This document shows, one piece after another, positions 27,987 through 38,709 of a DNA stretch of 64,000 bases. The DNA lies in assembly GCA_963701505.1 (NCBI GenBank), contig CAVOZZ010000009.1:1770-65769 (forward strand), given 5' to 3'. Source of the stretch: an uncultured Gammaproteobacteria bacterium. GTDB lineage: Bacteria; Pseudomonadota; Gammaproteobacteria; UBA9214. Positions within the stretch are counted from its first letter, which is position 1, and each line of letters opens with the position of its first letter. Made by a program: the position numbers and the translations under genes. The notes beneath the pieces are model-generated. The model searched no databases. It saw only the letters and a program-made list of their open reading frames with translations, and was not told the DNA's origin.

Positions 27987-28062
27987 GCCACGGAAACACA
28001 CGGAAAGATATTCGTTTCAATGAGTTTATCCTTGCAGTGTTTTTCCTTGTGCTTCCGTGGCC
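27987..28062. repeat. palindromic CACGGAA-repeat intergenic element, copy A
   Basis: Arms are GCCACGGAAACACACGGAA (27987-28005) and TTCCTTGTGCTTCCGTGGC (28044-28062), 17/19 complementary with a 38-nt spacer. Related to the copy at 38639-38709. Confidence 0.7.
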
Positions 28063-28106
28063 ATATTTCTATGTTTTTCGTATTGAAACGGATTGGAGAA
28101 TAGCGG

Positions 28107-28463
28107 ATGTCCGAGCTGCTGGGACACTATAACTACTGGATCGTCATCGTATTGATGATGACCGGTTTCTATATCGTTATTGCACGACCCAACCTGATCA
28201 AAAAGGTCATTGGGCTGTTCCTCTTCCAGACATCGGTGTTCATTTTTTTCATCAGCATGGCAAAGGTAGAGGGCGGCACGGCACCGATCATTGAGGAAGG
28301 CATCAGTGTCTACTCCAACCCGCTGCCGCATGTACTGATCCTCACTGCCATCGTGGTCAGCCTGGCGACCACGGCCCTCGGACTGGCGCTGGTGGTTCGC
28401 ATCAGGGAAGCCTACGGCACCATCAACGAAGACGATATCCACGTGCAGGACGAGGAAGCATGA
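28107..28463 (+). CDS. mrpC: Mrp/Mnh antiporter subunit C (NuoK-like)
   Basis: 118 aa. YNYWIVIVLMMTGFYIVIARPNLIKKVIGL. GGAG SD. Confidence 0.85.
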   Translation: MSELLGHYNYWIVIVLMMTGFYIVIARPNLIKKVIGLFLFQTSVFIFFISMAKVEGGTAPIIEEGISVYSNPLPHVLILTAIVVSLATTALGLALVVRIREAYGTINEDDIHVQDEEA

Positions 28464-29961
28464 GTTCCACACTGTGCTGAGCGCGCACCTTCCCGCACTG
28501 CAGGTCGTCATCCCGCTGGTCTCCGCCCCGGTATGCCTGCTGTTGCGCAATCCCCGTCATGCCTGGGCCTGTGCGCTGTCGGTCAGCTGGATGGTACTCG
28601 CAATTGCGATCATGCTGGCGCAGCAGGTAGCTGGCCACGGGGACAATCTCCTATGCCATCGGTGCCTGGGCAACGCCCTGGGGGATCGAGTACCGGATTG
28701 ATATGGCCGGCGCCCTGATGATCCTTGTCATCGCCATCTATCGGTGCCGTGGTGATGCCGTTTGCCTGGCGCAGCATTCAGCAGGAAATTCGCAAAAAAC
28801 ACATCGGGTTGTTCTACACCTGCTTTCTGTTATGCCTGGCCGGACTGCTGGGTATCGTGGTGACCGGCGATGCCTTCAATCTGTTCGTGTTTCTGGAGAT
28901 ATCCTCGCTGTCCTCCTATGTACTGATCAGCCTCGGTTGCTCCCGCCGCGCCCTCACTGCCGCCTTCCAGTACCTGGTGATGGGTACCATCGGCGCCACC
29001 TTCATCCTCATCGGTGTCGGTCTTCTGTACATGATCACCGGTACCCTCAACATGGCGGACATTTCACAACGGCTGCCAGAAGTGGCGGACACGCGCACCA
29101 TCCGGGTGGCCTTTGCCTTCGTGACCGTTGGCGTCAGCATCAAGCTGGCACTGTTTCCGCTGCATCTGTGGCTACCAAACGCCTATACCTTTGCGCCGTC
29201 GGTGGTATCGGCGTTCTTCGCAGCCACTGCGACCAAGGTCGGGGTCTACGTGCTGTTGCGGTTGTTCTTCACCGTGTTCGGTATCGGCTTTTCCTTTGCT
29301 GCCATGCATGTCGGCGAGATCCTCATGCTGCTGGCGGCCGCCGCCATGCTGGTCGCCTCGCTGGTCGCCATTTTCCAGAACAATGTCAAGCGCATGCTGG
29401 CCTACTCGAGCGTCGCCCAGATCGGCTACATCATCCTCGGTATCAGCCTTGCCACCAGCGACGGCGTGGCAGCCGGCATGATCCAGCTGTTCAACCATGC
29501 ACTGATCAAGTGTGCACTGTTCCTCTCGCTTGGCTGTATTTTCCTGCGTCTGGGCTCGGTTGAACTCCGGGACATGCACGGCCTAGCGCAGGCAGATGCC
29601 CTGGACCATGGCCGCATTCGTGGCGGGTGGCCTGAGCCTGATCGGCATACCGCTGACGGCCGGGTTCATCAGCAAGTGGTACCTGGTCAGTGCCGCACTC
29701 ACGGACGGCTACTGGCCGCTGGCCGTGCTGATCCTGTTGAGTTCGTTGCTGGCACTGATTTATATCTGGCGCGTGGTGGAGACCGCCTATTTCCAGGTGC
29801 CCGGTGCCGGGATGCACACGGTAAAGGAGGCGCCGGCCAGCATGCTGATACCCACCTGGCTACTGATCGGCGCCAACTTCTACATTGGAGTTGATGCCAG
29901 CGTGGTCTCCGGGATCGCACACCAGGCAGCGGTCATCCTGATTGTGCAGGGAGTACGGTGA
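28460..29961 (+). pseudogene. mrpD: Mrp subunit D-type (NuoL/M/N-like) antiporter subunit 1; at least 3 frame switches as assembled
   Basis: Pieces in ORFs 28474.., 28703../28725.. and 29596..29961. Motifs FNLFVFLEISSLSSYVLI, LFPLHLWLPNAY, KRMLAYSSVAQIGYI. ATG 28460 overlaps the mrpC stop. Confidence 0.8.
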
Positions 29962-29983
29962 AACCTGTGGCTGCCACAACTGC

Positions 29984-31448
29984 ATGAGCCCGGAAATGAC
30001 AGTGCTCGCCTGTGTCGCCCTGCCGCTGCTGGCGCCTGTGCTGATAACGGCATTGCACCGCTGGCCAAATCCCCGGGAAGCCGTCACCCTGCTGACCTCG
30101 GGGTGCCTGTTGCTGCTGGTGTCTTCGCTGCATGATGAGGTACTGCGCGGCAGCCCGGCCGGCCATCGACCTGCTGGAGCCCCTGCCCGGACTGAAAATC
30201 GGTTTCGAGGTCGAACCGCTGGGCTATGCTGTTTGCCCTGCTGGCAAGTTTCCTGTGGGTGGTGACGTCGGTGTATTCCATCGGCTACCTGCGCAGCCAC
30301 CACGAAAGGCGTCAGACTTCATACTACAGTTTCTTTGCCGTGGCACTCGGCAGCACCATGGGCATCGCGTTTGCCGGCAACCTGTTCACGCTGTTCATTT
30401 TCTACGAACTGCTGACCCTGTCGACCTATCCACTGGTCACCCACGCCGGCGACGATGCAGCCACCTTCGCCGGCCGCATGTACCTCGGTTACCTGCTGGG
30501 CACGTCCGTCATCCTGTTTTTGCTGGCGCTGGTCTGGACCTGGACGCTGACCGGCACCCTGGACTTCCGTGTCGGCGGCATACTCGAGGGTGCGGTGACA
30601 CCCGGTGTCGCGGGCGTCCTGCTGATACTGTTCATTTTCGGTATCGGCAAGGCCGCGCTCATGCCATTTCACCTGTGGCTGCCCGCCGCCATGGTGGCAC
30701 CGACACCGGTGAGCGCGCTGCTGCATGCCGTCGCCGTGGTCAAGGCCGGCGTGTTTACCGTACTCAAGGTCGCTATCTACATCTTCGGCATCGATTTCCT
30801 GGCGGAGGTCCCGGCCACCCGGTGGCTGATGTACGTGGCAGCCGCGACCATCCTGCTGGCCGCGGTTGTCGCCCTGCGACAGGACAACCTGAAACTGCGA
30901 CTGGCGTGGTCAACCATCAGCCATCTGTCCTACGTGGTGCTGGGTGCACTGCTGGCGACGCCGCTGGGCATCGTCGGCGGCGGCATGCACATCGTCATGC
31001 ACGCCTTTGCCAAGATCACGCTGTTTTTCTGTGCCGGCGCCATCCTGGTTACCACGCACAAGACTCGCATCAGTGAAATGGACGGTCTCGGGCGGCGCAT
31101 GCCGTTGACCATGGCGGCCTTCTTTATTGCCAGCCTCAGCATCATCGGGCTGCCGCCGCTGGGGGGCTTCTGGAGCAAGTGGTTTCTTGCCCTCGGCACA
31201 CTGGATGCACAGCAGCACCTCATGCTGGTGGTACTGCTTGCCGGTTCCATGCTCAACGTCGCCTATTTATTACCCATTCCGATGCGCGCCTTTTTCAGCC
31301 GTGAACAGGGAGATCCGGGAGACACCGGCATGCAGGAAGCGCCGCCGGCCTGTGTGGCGGCACTGCTGCTGACCGCAGCGGCCTGCGTTGTACTGTTTTT
31401 TTTCCCGGAGCCCGTTTACCGTCTCTGCAACTGCTGGTACAGGGGTAA
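29984..31448 (+). pseudogene. Mrp subunit D-type (NuoL/M/N-like) antiporter subunit 2; about 3 frame switches as assembled
   Basis: Pieces in ORFs 29942.., 30132.. and 30226... Motifs LFTLFIFYELLTLSTYPLV, MPFHLWLPAAMVAPTPVSALLHA, LAWSTISHLSYVV. The probable true end ..YRLLQLLVQG with TAA 31446-31448 needs a shift. Confidence 0.75.
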
Positions 31449-31452
31449 ATCA

Positions 31453-31701
31453 ATGCCACAGGAACGACAGCATCTATTCGACAAGCCGGAAAATGTCAGA
31501 CGCCTGTTAAGGATTCTGTACCTGGCCTGCGCGCTGCTGCTGGCGGCCGACCTGTTCGTTCACCGTCATGTGCAGCATGGCTGGGAATCACTGTGGGGTT
31601 TCTACGCGTTCTTCGGATTCACGGCCTGTGTGTTGCTGGTGCTGCTCGCCAAGCAGCTGCGCAAGCTGCTGAAACGCCCTGAAGATTATTATGATCGCTA
31701 G
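31453..31701 (+). CDS. 82-aa two-helix membrane protein inside the Mrp cluster
   Basis: MPQERQHLFDKPENVRRLLRILYLACALLLAADLFVHRHVQHGWESLWGFYAFFGFTACVLLVLLAKQLRKLLKRPEDYYDR. As assembled it reads in frame as the tail of ORF 30226..31701. Confidence 0.5.
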   Translation: MPQERQHLFDKPENVRRLLRILYLACALLLAADLFVHRHVQHGWESLWGFYAFFGFTACVLLVLLAKQLRKLLKRPEDYYDR

Positions 31702-33385
31702 ACCTGCCACCCTTTGCGACCTTCTTCGCCGGTGCGCTGCTGATCGTGCTGCTGCGCGGCCGGCTGCAGAAAACCCTGCTGCTGCTGATCCCGCTGCTCA
31801 GTGCAGCCCTGCTGCTGGGTGTGCCGGAAGGGCTGGTCGTCAAGGTGCAGCTGCTGGGCTACGAACTCACCCCTTACCGGACCGACCGGCTGAGCCTGTT
31901 GTTCGCCTACGTATTCAACCTGGCGGCGTTTATCGGGATTGTCTTTTCCCTGCATGTGCATGATCGTATCCAGCACGTTGCCGCACTGGTCTACTCCGGC
32001 AGCGCCCTCGGTGCGGTGCTTGCCGGTGACCTGATTTCAGTATTCGTCTACTGGGAGCTGGCGGCGATCTCCTCGGTGTTCCTGATCTGGTCACAACGGT
32101 CACCCCGGGCCATGGCGGCCGGCTGGCGCTACCTGATATTCCAGTTTTTATCCGGCCTGTTGCTGCTGGCCGGCATACTGATGCGTTTCCACGAAACCGG
32201 CTCACTGGCCTTTGACTACATCGGACTCGATGCCGTGTCGGGCTGGCTGCTGTTCACGGCCTTCGGCATCAAGTGCGCCTTTCCGCTGCTGCATAACTGG
32301 CTGACCGATGCCTATCCCGAGGCCACCCCGACCGGCACGATTTTCCTCAGTGCCTTTACCACCAAGGCCGCCGTTTATATGCTGGCACGCGGTTTTCCCG
32401 GCACCGAGATGCTGATTTACATTGGTGCCGTGATGACCTGTTTCCCGATTTTCTATGCGGTAATCGAAAATGATCTGCGCCGGGTACTCGCCTACAGCAT
32501 GATCAACCAGCTCGGCTTCATGGTCTGCGGCATCGGTATCGGCACCAGCCTCGCCCTCAATGGTGCGGTATCACACGCCTTCAATGACGTGCTTTTCAAG
32601 GGCCTGCTGTTCATGTCCATGGGGGCCGTGCTGCACATGACCGGAAAGATCAAGGCCACCGAGCTTGGCGGTCTCTACAAGAGCATGCCGATCACCACCG
32701 GCCTGTGCATCGTCGGCGCCTGCTCGATATCCGCGTTTCCCCTGTTCAGCGGTTTCGTCAGCAAGTCCATGGTGATGGCCGCCGCACTGCAGGAAGGTCA
32801 CGACTGGATCTGGCTGGCGTTGCTGTTTGCCTCCGCCGGTGTGTTTCACCATGCCGGCATCAAGATCCCGTTCTTTGCCTTCTTTGCACAGGACTCCGGT
32901 ATCCGTACCGGCGAACCGCCACTGAATATGCTGCTGGCGATGGCACTGGCGGCGCGTACTGTGCGTGTCCATCGGTATCTGGCCTGCCATGCTGTACAGC
33001 CTGTTGCCATTCCCCGTGGACTATTCAGCCTATACGGTCACTCACGTTCTGGCGCAACTGCAACTGCTGTTCTTTTCAGCGCTGGCATTTACCTGGCTGA
33101 AACTGAGCGGCCTGTACCCGCCGGAGATGCGCGCGGTCAACATGGATGTGGAGTGGCTCTACCGCTGGCTGGGACCGCGTGCCATCAGCCAGATGACCCG
33201 GGTACTCGGCCGCTGGCATGTCTATACGCGCATCGGTTTTCTAAGACATCTGGGGACACTGTTTGGCACGCTGTTCCTGTACCACGGACCCCAGGGTATC
33301 CTGGCACGCACCTGGGCCACCGGCAGCATGGTCCTGTGGGTGGTTATCCTGCTCGGGGCTCTACCTGATTGCCTATTACTACTGA
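31691..33385 (+). pseudogene. Mrp subunit D/A-type (NuoL-like, longest paralog) antiporter subunit 3; about 3 frame switches as assembled
   Basis: ATG 31691, then a shift into ORF 31746..33368, then ORF 32965... Motifs VFVYWELAAISSVFLIW, FPLLHNWLTDAYPEATPTG, AYSMINQLGFMV. The likely end ..GLYLIAYYY with TGA 33383-33385 follows the G-run 33355-33358. Confidence 0.75.
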
Positions 33386-33464
33386 GCGAACGCCCTGCTC
33401 ACCCTCCACAGACCTTGTCATCGTCGCATTTAAACCCTGTATTTGACGGGAAACCCGGCATGAG

Positions 33465-33478
33465 TTGATCCACATCAA
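33465..33478. promoter_or_regulatory. FNR binding site, perfect palindrome, upstream of hemN
   Basis: TTGATccacATCAA, 10/10. GAGAAT at 33501-33506 lies at -12..-7 if the box centre is at -41.5. hemN ATG is at 33536. Confidence 0.75.
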
Positions 33479-33535
33479 TTCATATTACAGCAATCCGATG
33501 GAGAATCAGGCGCTGACAACGGTAACACTCTCTGC

Positions 33536-34939
33536 ATGGACTCGATGGCCCAACATATTGTTTTTGATGCTGATCTGATCAGGCGCTATGACCAGACGGG
33601 GCCGCGTTATACCTCCTATCCGACCGCGGCCCAGTTTCACGAGGGCATCTCGGAAAACGACTACCGCAAGTGGGCACGACACAGTAACGAGGACCCGATC
33701 CCGCGGCCGCTATCGCTGTATTTCCACATCCCGTTCTGCGACACGGTGTGCTTTTACTGTGCCTGCACCAAAGTGGTCACCAAACACCACGAGCGCGCCA
33801 CTGCCTATCTCGATTACCTCTGCAGGGAAATCGCCACTGCAGGGCGAACTGTTCGATGCGACCGCATGGTCGAGCAACTGCACTGGGGCGGCGGTACACC
33901 GACCTTTCTCGACAACGACCAGATTCGCCAGCTGATGGATACGACCGCCCGACATTTCTCCCTGCGCAGCGATGACAGTGGCGAGTATTCCATCGAGATC
34001 GATCCGCGCTCGGTCGATGCCGAAAAGCTGCGGTGCTGCGCGAGGCGGGTTTCAATCGCATCAGTCTCGGTGTGCAGGATGTCAATCCCGAGGTGCAGCA
34101 GGCCGTCAACCGCCTGCAAAGCGGAACAACTGACACGGCGTGTGGCCGACAGGCGCGCGAACTGGGCTTCAAGTCCATCAACATGGACCTGATGTACGGG
34201 TTGCCGTTTCAGTCAGTGGCGAGTTTCGAGCAGACCCTGGACGCCGTGATCGACATGGACCCGGACCGGATCGCCGTCTACAACTACGCGCACCTGCCGG
34301 CAACGTTTCAAGCCGCAGCGGCGCATCGACGAGGCCAACCTGCCCTCGGCCGATGAAAAGCTGGCACATGCTGCAACACACCATTGAACACCTGACAGGT
34401 GCCGGCTATGTCTACATCGGTATGGACCACTTCGCCAAACCGGATGATGAACTGGCGATTGCACAGGAAAAGGGCACCCTGCAGCGCAACTTCCAGGGCT
34501 ACTCGACCCACGTGGACTGCGACCTCGTCAGCATGGGGATGTCGGCTATCGGACATGTCTGCGACAATTACAGCCAGAATGTGCGCGATCTGGAGCGCTA
34601 CTATGAACTGCTGGATGCCGGCAAGCTGCCACTGGACCGGGGTATTGAACTGGAACCCGATGACCTGTTGCGCCGCGACATCATCACCCGGCTGATATGC
34701 GATTTCATGCTGGACATCAAGGCACTGGAAATGAAGTGGCACTTCAATTTCCACAGCCACTTCGCAGACAGAACTGGAAGACCTGAAGAAGATGCAGGCG
34801 GATGGCCTGTTGCTGCTGGAGTGACGATGCAGTGCGGGTGTTACCGGCCGGCCGGCTGCTGGTGCGCAATATCTGCATGGTGTTCGACCGCTACCTGCGA
34901 AAAGGCGGCGACCAGTCACGCTTTTCCAGGGTCATTTAA
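33536..34939 (+). pseudogene. hemN: oxygen-independent coproporphyrinogen III oxidase HemN; at least 4 frame switches as assembled
   Basis: YTSYPTA, radical-SAM CDTVCFYCAC, HWGGGTPTFL, GFNRISLGVQD, YIGMDHFAKPDDELA, and a tail ..LLVRNICMVFDRYLRKGGDQSRFSRVI. Spread over ORFs 33536.., 34033.., 34140.. and others. Confidence 0.9.
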
Positions 34940-34997
34940 ACTCCGCCCGAAAAGAGTTATGCGGGAACAGATGCTTCTCCGCAGTGGAGGACCGGCG

Positions 34998-35747
34998 CTA
35001 GATCTCGCGTCCCACGCAGCCTTCCACCATGGCGCGCAACCGTCGCGATACCCACCAGCACGATCTGCCGGCGATTGACCGTCACCAGTCCATCCTTCTG
35101 GAAAGTGCGCAAACAGGCGACTCACGGTCTCGATGGCCAGCCCGAGATAGTTGCCGATATCCTGACGCGACATCGGCAGGTTGAAGGCCGTGGCAGACAG
35201 GCCCCGTGACTGATAGCGGGACGACAGGCTGAGTAAAAATGCCGCCAGCCGTTCCTCCGCTGTGCGCTTGCCGAGTAACAGCAGCATCCGCTGATCGGCG
35301 GTGATTTCCTTGCTGACCACCCGCATCATCTGGCGGTTGAGGCCAGACAGGGAGTGGCACAGTTCCTCCAGGCGGTCATAGGGCAACTCGCAGACACTCG
35401 GCTGTCTCCAGCACGATCGAACTGCTCGCATAGACGCCATCGTGCAGACCGTCCAGGCCCACCAGTTCGCCTGGCAGGGTAAAACCAAGCACCTGTTCAT
35501 CGCCATCTTCGGTCGTGCAGTAGGATTTCAGCGCACCGGAGCGGACCGCAAACAGGGCGTTGCACGGGTCACCGGCACGAAAGATGTGCTGCCTGGGCTG
35601 GTAGGGTTGCTGGCGTTTAACGATCTGGTCGAGTGCATCGATGTCCTCATCGCTCATGCCGTGCGGCAGGCACAGCTCGGACAGGCTGCAGCTGCCGCAG
35701 GAGGCCTTGATATCAGCGATTTTCAGCGTTTCGCTTTTGGCGGGCAT
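34998..35747 (-). pseudogene. fnr: FNR (oxygen-sensing Crp/Fnr regulator with N-terminal Cys cluster); at least 2-3 frame switches as assembled
   Basis: MPAKSETLKIADIKASCGSCSLSELCLPHG (C-x2-C-x5-C), barrel in ORF 35376.., HTH with ETVSRLF in ORF 34916... The tail ..RAMVEGCVGREI is in a third frame with TAG 34998-35000. The span is 750 nt. Confidence 0.85.
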
Positions 35748-35884
35748 TCTGGATAACCGTGACTGGCAGTAAATTTGTAATAATTTTTTACAACAATACA
35801 ACACGTTATAAACTAATACACCCTGCAGGGGGCGAACACAGTATCATTCCGCACCCGTTAACCACAAGCTACCAGGACATCCTG

Positions 35885-37465
35885 TTGTATTTACAAGCAA
35901 AAAAACGACTTTCCGCACTCGTCGCAGCGGCTGGACCAGCACTGCTGAAAGGCGGCCTGACCGGACTGGAGAAAGAAAGCCTGCGCGTCGCCCCGGATGG
36001 CAGCATCGCGCAAACGCCACATCCCGCTGGCCCTCGGTTCGGCACTGACACATCCCTGGATCACCACCGACTATTCAGAGGCCCTGCTGGAATTCATTAC
36101 CCCACCGCTGGAAAGTGCGTCGGCGGCACTGGACTACCTGCGTGATCTGCAGCATTTCGTCTACCTGCGGCTTGATGGGGAACTGCTGTGGTCCTCCAGC
36201 ATGCCGTGCGTGGTCGCCGGCGGCTCCAGCATACCCATCGCCCAGTATGGCACCTCCAACAGCGGCCTGATGAAGACCGTCTACCGGCGCGGCCTTGGCT
36301 ATCGCTACGGACGCGTCATGCAGGTCATCGCCGGCGTGCACTACAACTACTCCTTTTCCAGAGGACTTCTGGTCGACCTACCAGCAACTCGAGGGCGATA
36401 CACGGCCCCTGCAGGAGTTTATTTCCGAGCAGTACTTCGCCCTGATACGCAACCTGCAACGCTTCGGCTGGCTGATCCCGTACCTGTTCGGGGCCTCGCC
36501 GGCGGTCTGCAAGTCCTTCCTGGCCGGCAAGCAAACCACACTGCAGGAATTCAACGAAACCACCTATTACGGTCCGCATGCCACCTCGCTGCGCATGTGT
36601 GACATCGGTTACCAGAACAGCCTGGAAAACGAGGTCGGCTTCAAGGCCAACTACGACAGCCTCGATGCCTATGTCGCAAGCCTGGGCAAGGCCATCGAGA
36701 CGCCCTCGCCGCGCTTCGAGAAAATCGGGGTAAAGGTCGATGGCAGCTACCGGCAACTCAATGCCAACATGCTGCAGATCGAAAACGAGTACTACAGTTC
36801 CGTGCGCCCCAAGCAGGTACCGGATAATAATGAGAAACCGAGCCTGGCACTGCGGCGGCGCGGGGTGCGCTATGTCGAGCTGCGCTCGCTGGATATCAAC
36901 ATCTTTGATCCACGCGGTATCAGCGAGACACAATGCCGCTTTATGGAAACCTTCATGGCCTTCTGCCAGCTGCAGGACAGCCCGCTCATCAGCGATCTGG
37001 AGCGCAAGGAGATCGACTACAACCTGGATGCCGTCGCCTACCGCGGTCGGGAACCCGGTCTGATGCTGCAACACAACGGGAACAAGGTGCCGCTGCAACA
37101 GTGGGCAGGCGAGATGTGCGAGGCCATGCAGACATTTGCCACGGTCCTCGACCATGACGAGCAGGACGCGCCCTACCAGCAGGCCCTGCAGACACAACAG
37201 GCGGCCGTTGCCGACCCCGGGAAAACACTTTCGGCACAGGTACTGGCGGGCATGCGTGAACACAACGAGGGTTATTTCGACTTTGCGCAGCGCATGTCAC
37301 TGCAACACCAGCAATATTTCCTAGACCTTGGTCATGACGCAGCGCAGTTTGAGGCCTTTAGCGAAACAGTCAGAGCAATCACTGGAGAAACAGCGCGCAA
37401 TGGAAGCCGCCGACCATGAGTCCTTTGATGACTTCCTGAAGAACTACTTCGCACAGACGCTTTGA
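35885..37465 (+). pseudogene. gshA: glutamate--cysteine ligase GshA; about 3 frame switches as assembled
   Basis: GLTGLEKESLRV, LGSALTHPWITTDYSEALLEFITPP, GVHYNYS, VELRSLDINIFDP. Pieces in ORFs 35759.., 35997.. and 36295.., with the tail ..FDDFLKNYFAQTL stopping at 37463-37465. The start is uncertain (TTG 35885). Confidence 0.88.
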
Positions 37466-37523
37466 ACGAATAAAACGCCCCGTTATTGTATGCCCTTGCT
37501 GCGGGAATGGACGACACTTTTAA

Positions 37524-38146
37524 CTACCCCGCCAGCACGAAACCGACAGCGGCAAGATAAAATCCGGCCGGGTAGTGCCAGCGCGGCGGCTTCCTGAGCA
37601 GGCGCTTCCAGCAGCAGCGTCAGGATGACGCCCATCACCATGTACAGAGGCACAACCTGCACCGAGGTATAATGACGCATGTCATCCGGCAGGTAGTAGA
37701 AGTAGAAGGTCCCGTAGAACAGCAGAAAAAAACCGTTCGCCAGTATTTCCAGCAGCGGACCATCGATCCCCGATAACAGGCCTTTCAGCCACTGCGGGCG
37801 GATCGTGATCGCGTTTTGCTGCAGCACCTGGTGAAAGAAGTACACGTAATAACCGTACACCGGCCAGATAATAAAATTCAGCATGGACGTATAGCCATCG
37901 TGAATCGGCCACACCCGGTACTGCCACAACGCGCTCTCCCGTCAGCAGGAAATACAGTTTCCCCAGGTAGACCTCGCAGACGACTGCGACCAGGAAGGCA
38001 ACCGCCATGGACAGCGCCAACTGGTAGACATCAATGCGTATCCATTGCCGCGTCAGCAGCGAGCCCAGCAGGTAAAACAGGGTAATGCCAAGCAGCGCCC
38101 CGGACAGACCCTGCAGGATCAACATGCCGGTGTGGGACAGCAGCAT
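37524..38146 (-). pseudogene. polytopic membrane protein of unknown function; about 2 frame switches as assembled
   Basis: Pieces in ORFs 37682..38146 (MLLSHTGMLILQGLSGALLGITLFYLLG..) and 37483..37929 (..NFIIWPVYGYYVYFF..FYFYYLPDDMRHY..). The probable tail AGFYLAAVGFVLAG has its stop at 37524-37526. Confidence 0.5.
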
Positions 38147-38479
38147 CTAGATGTGCGAGACCAGCTTTGCCTCAGGCACGTGCTCCTGGATGGCGCTGGC
38201 GATTTCAAAACGGATGCCGTTGATGGACCGGATCGACACCCATAGCAGATTCAGCTTCAGATTGAATTCGGCAAACACGACCGCATCCCTGAAGTGCGTC
38301 AGCACGATATGCACGTCCTGAATGGTGCTGTCGACGAGATGCTTCGGCTTGTCGCGCAGGCCGGGGATCAGCATCATGAAGTCACTCAGCGGCTTGCCGT
38401 TTTCGTCGTGCGATGGTGCACGGTTGCGCAACGGTTCTGCACTGGTATCGAATTGCACGGAGAGTCTTGGCAGTGTCAT
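38147..38479 (-). CDS. 110-aa hypothetical protein
   Basis: MTLPRLSVQFDTSAEPLRNRAPSHDENGKPLSDFMMLIPGLRDKPKHLVDSTIQDVHIVLTHFRDAVVFAEF... Its stop abuts the next gene's ATG (CTAGATG in plus-strand sense). The upstream part of track ORF 38147..38860 crosses repeat DNA and is not credible. Confidence 0.5.
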   Translation of the reverse strand: MTLPRLSVQFDTSAEPLRNRAPSHDENGKPLSDFMMLIPGLRDKPKHLVDSTIQDVHIVLTHFRDAVVFAEFNLKLNLLWVSIRSINGIRFEIASAIQEHVPEAKLVSHI

Positions 38480-38638
38480 GTTCGTCACCGTCTGTGACTG
38501 GCATTGGCTAATGATAGCCGAAATCCACCACAGCCACATGCACGGCATACCCTGCCTGATAATATCAGCAAAAGCAGCCAGACGGTGGCTACTAGTCCTG
38601 ATTCGGGCTGACAAACACAGCGAATTCGCCCACAGGAG

Positions 38639-38709
38639 TCCACGCAAGAACACAAAAAGATGAAGACCTTGGAAGAAATTTTTCCGTGTCCTTCCGTGTA
38701 TTCGGTGGC
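38639..38709. repeat. palindromic CACGGAA-repeat intergenic element, copy B (inverted relative to copy A)
   Basis: The reverse complement reads GCCACCGAATACACGGAAGGACACGGAAAAA...TTTTTGTGTTCTTGCGTGGA. It aligns with copy A at both ends. Tandem CACGGAA units. Confidence 0.65.
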
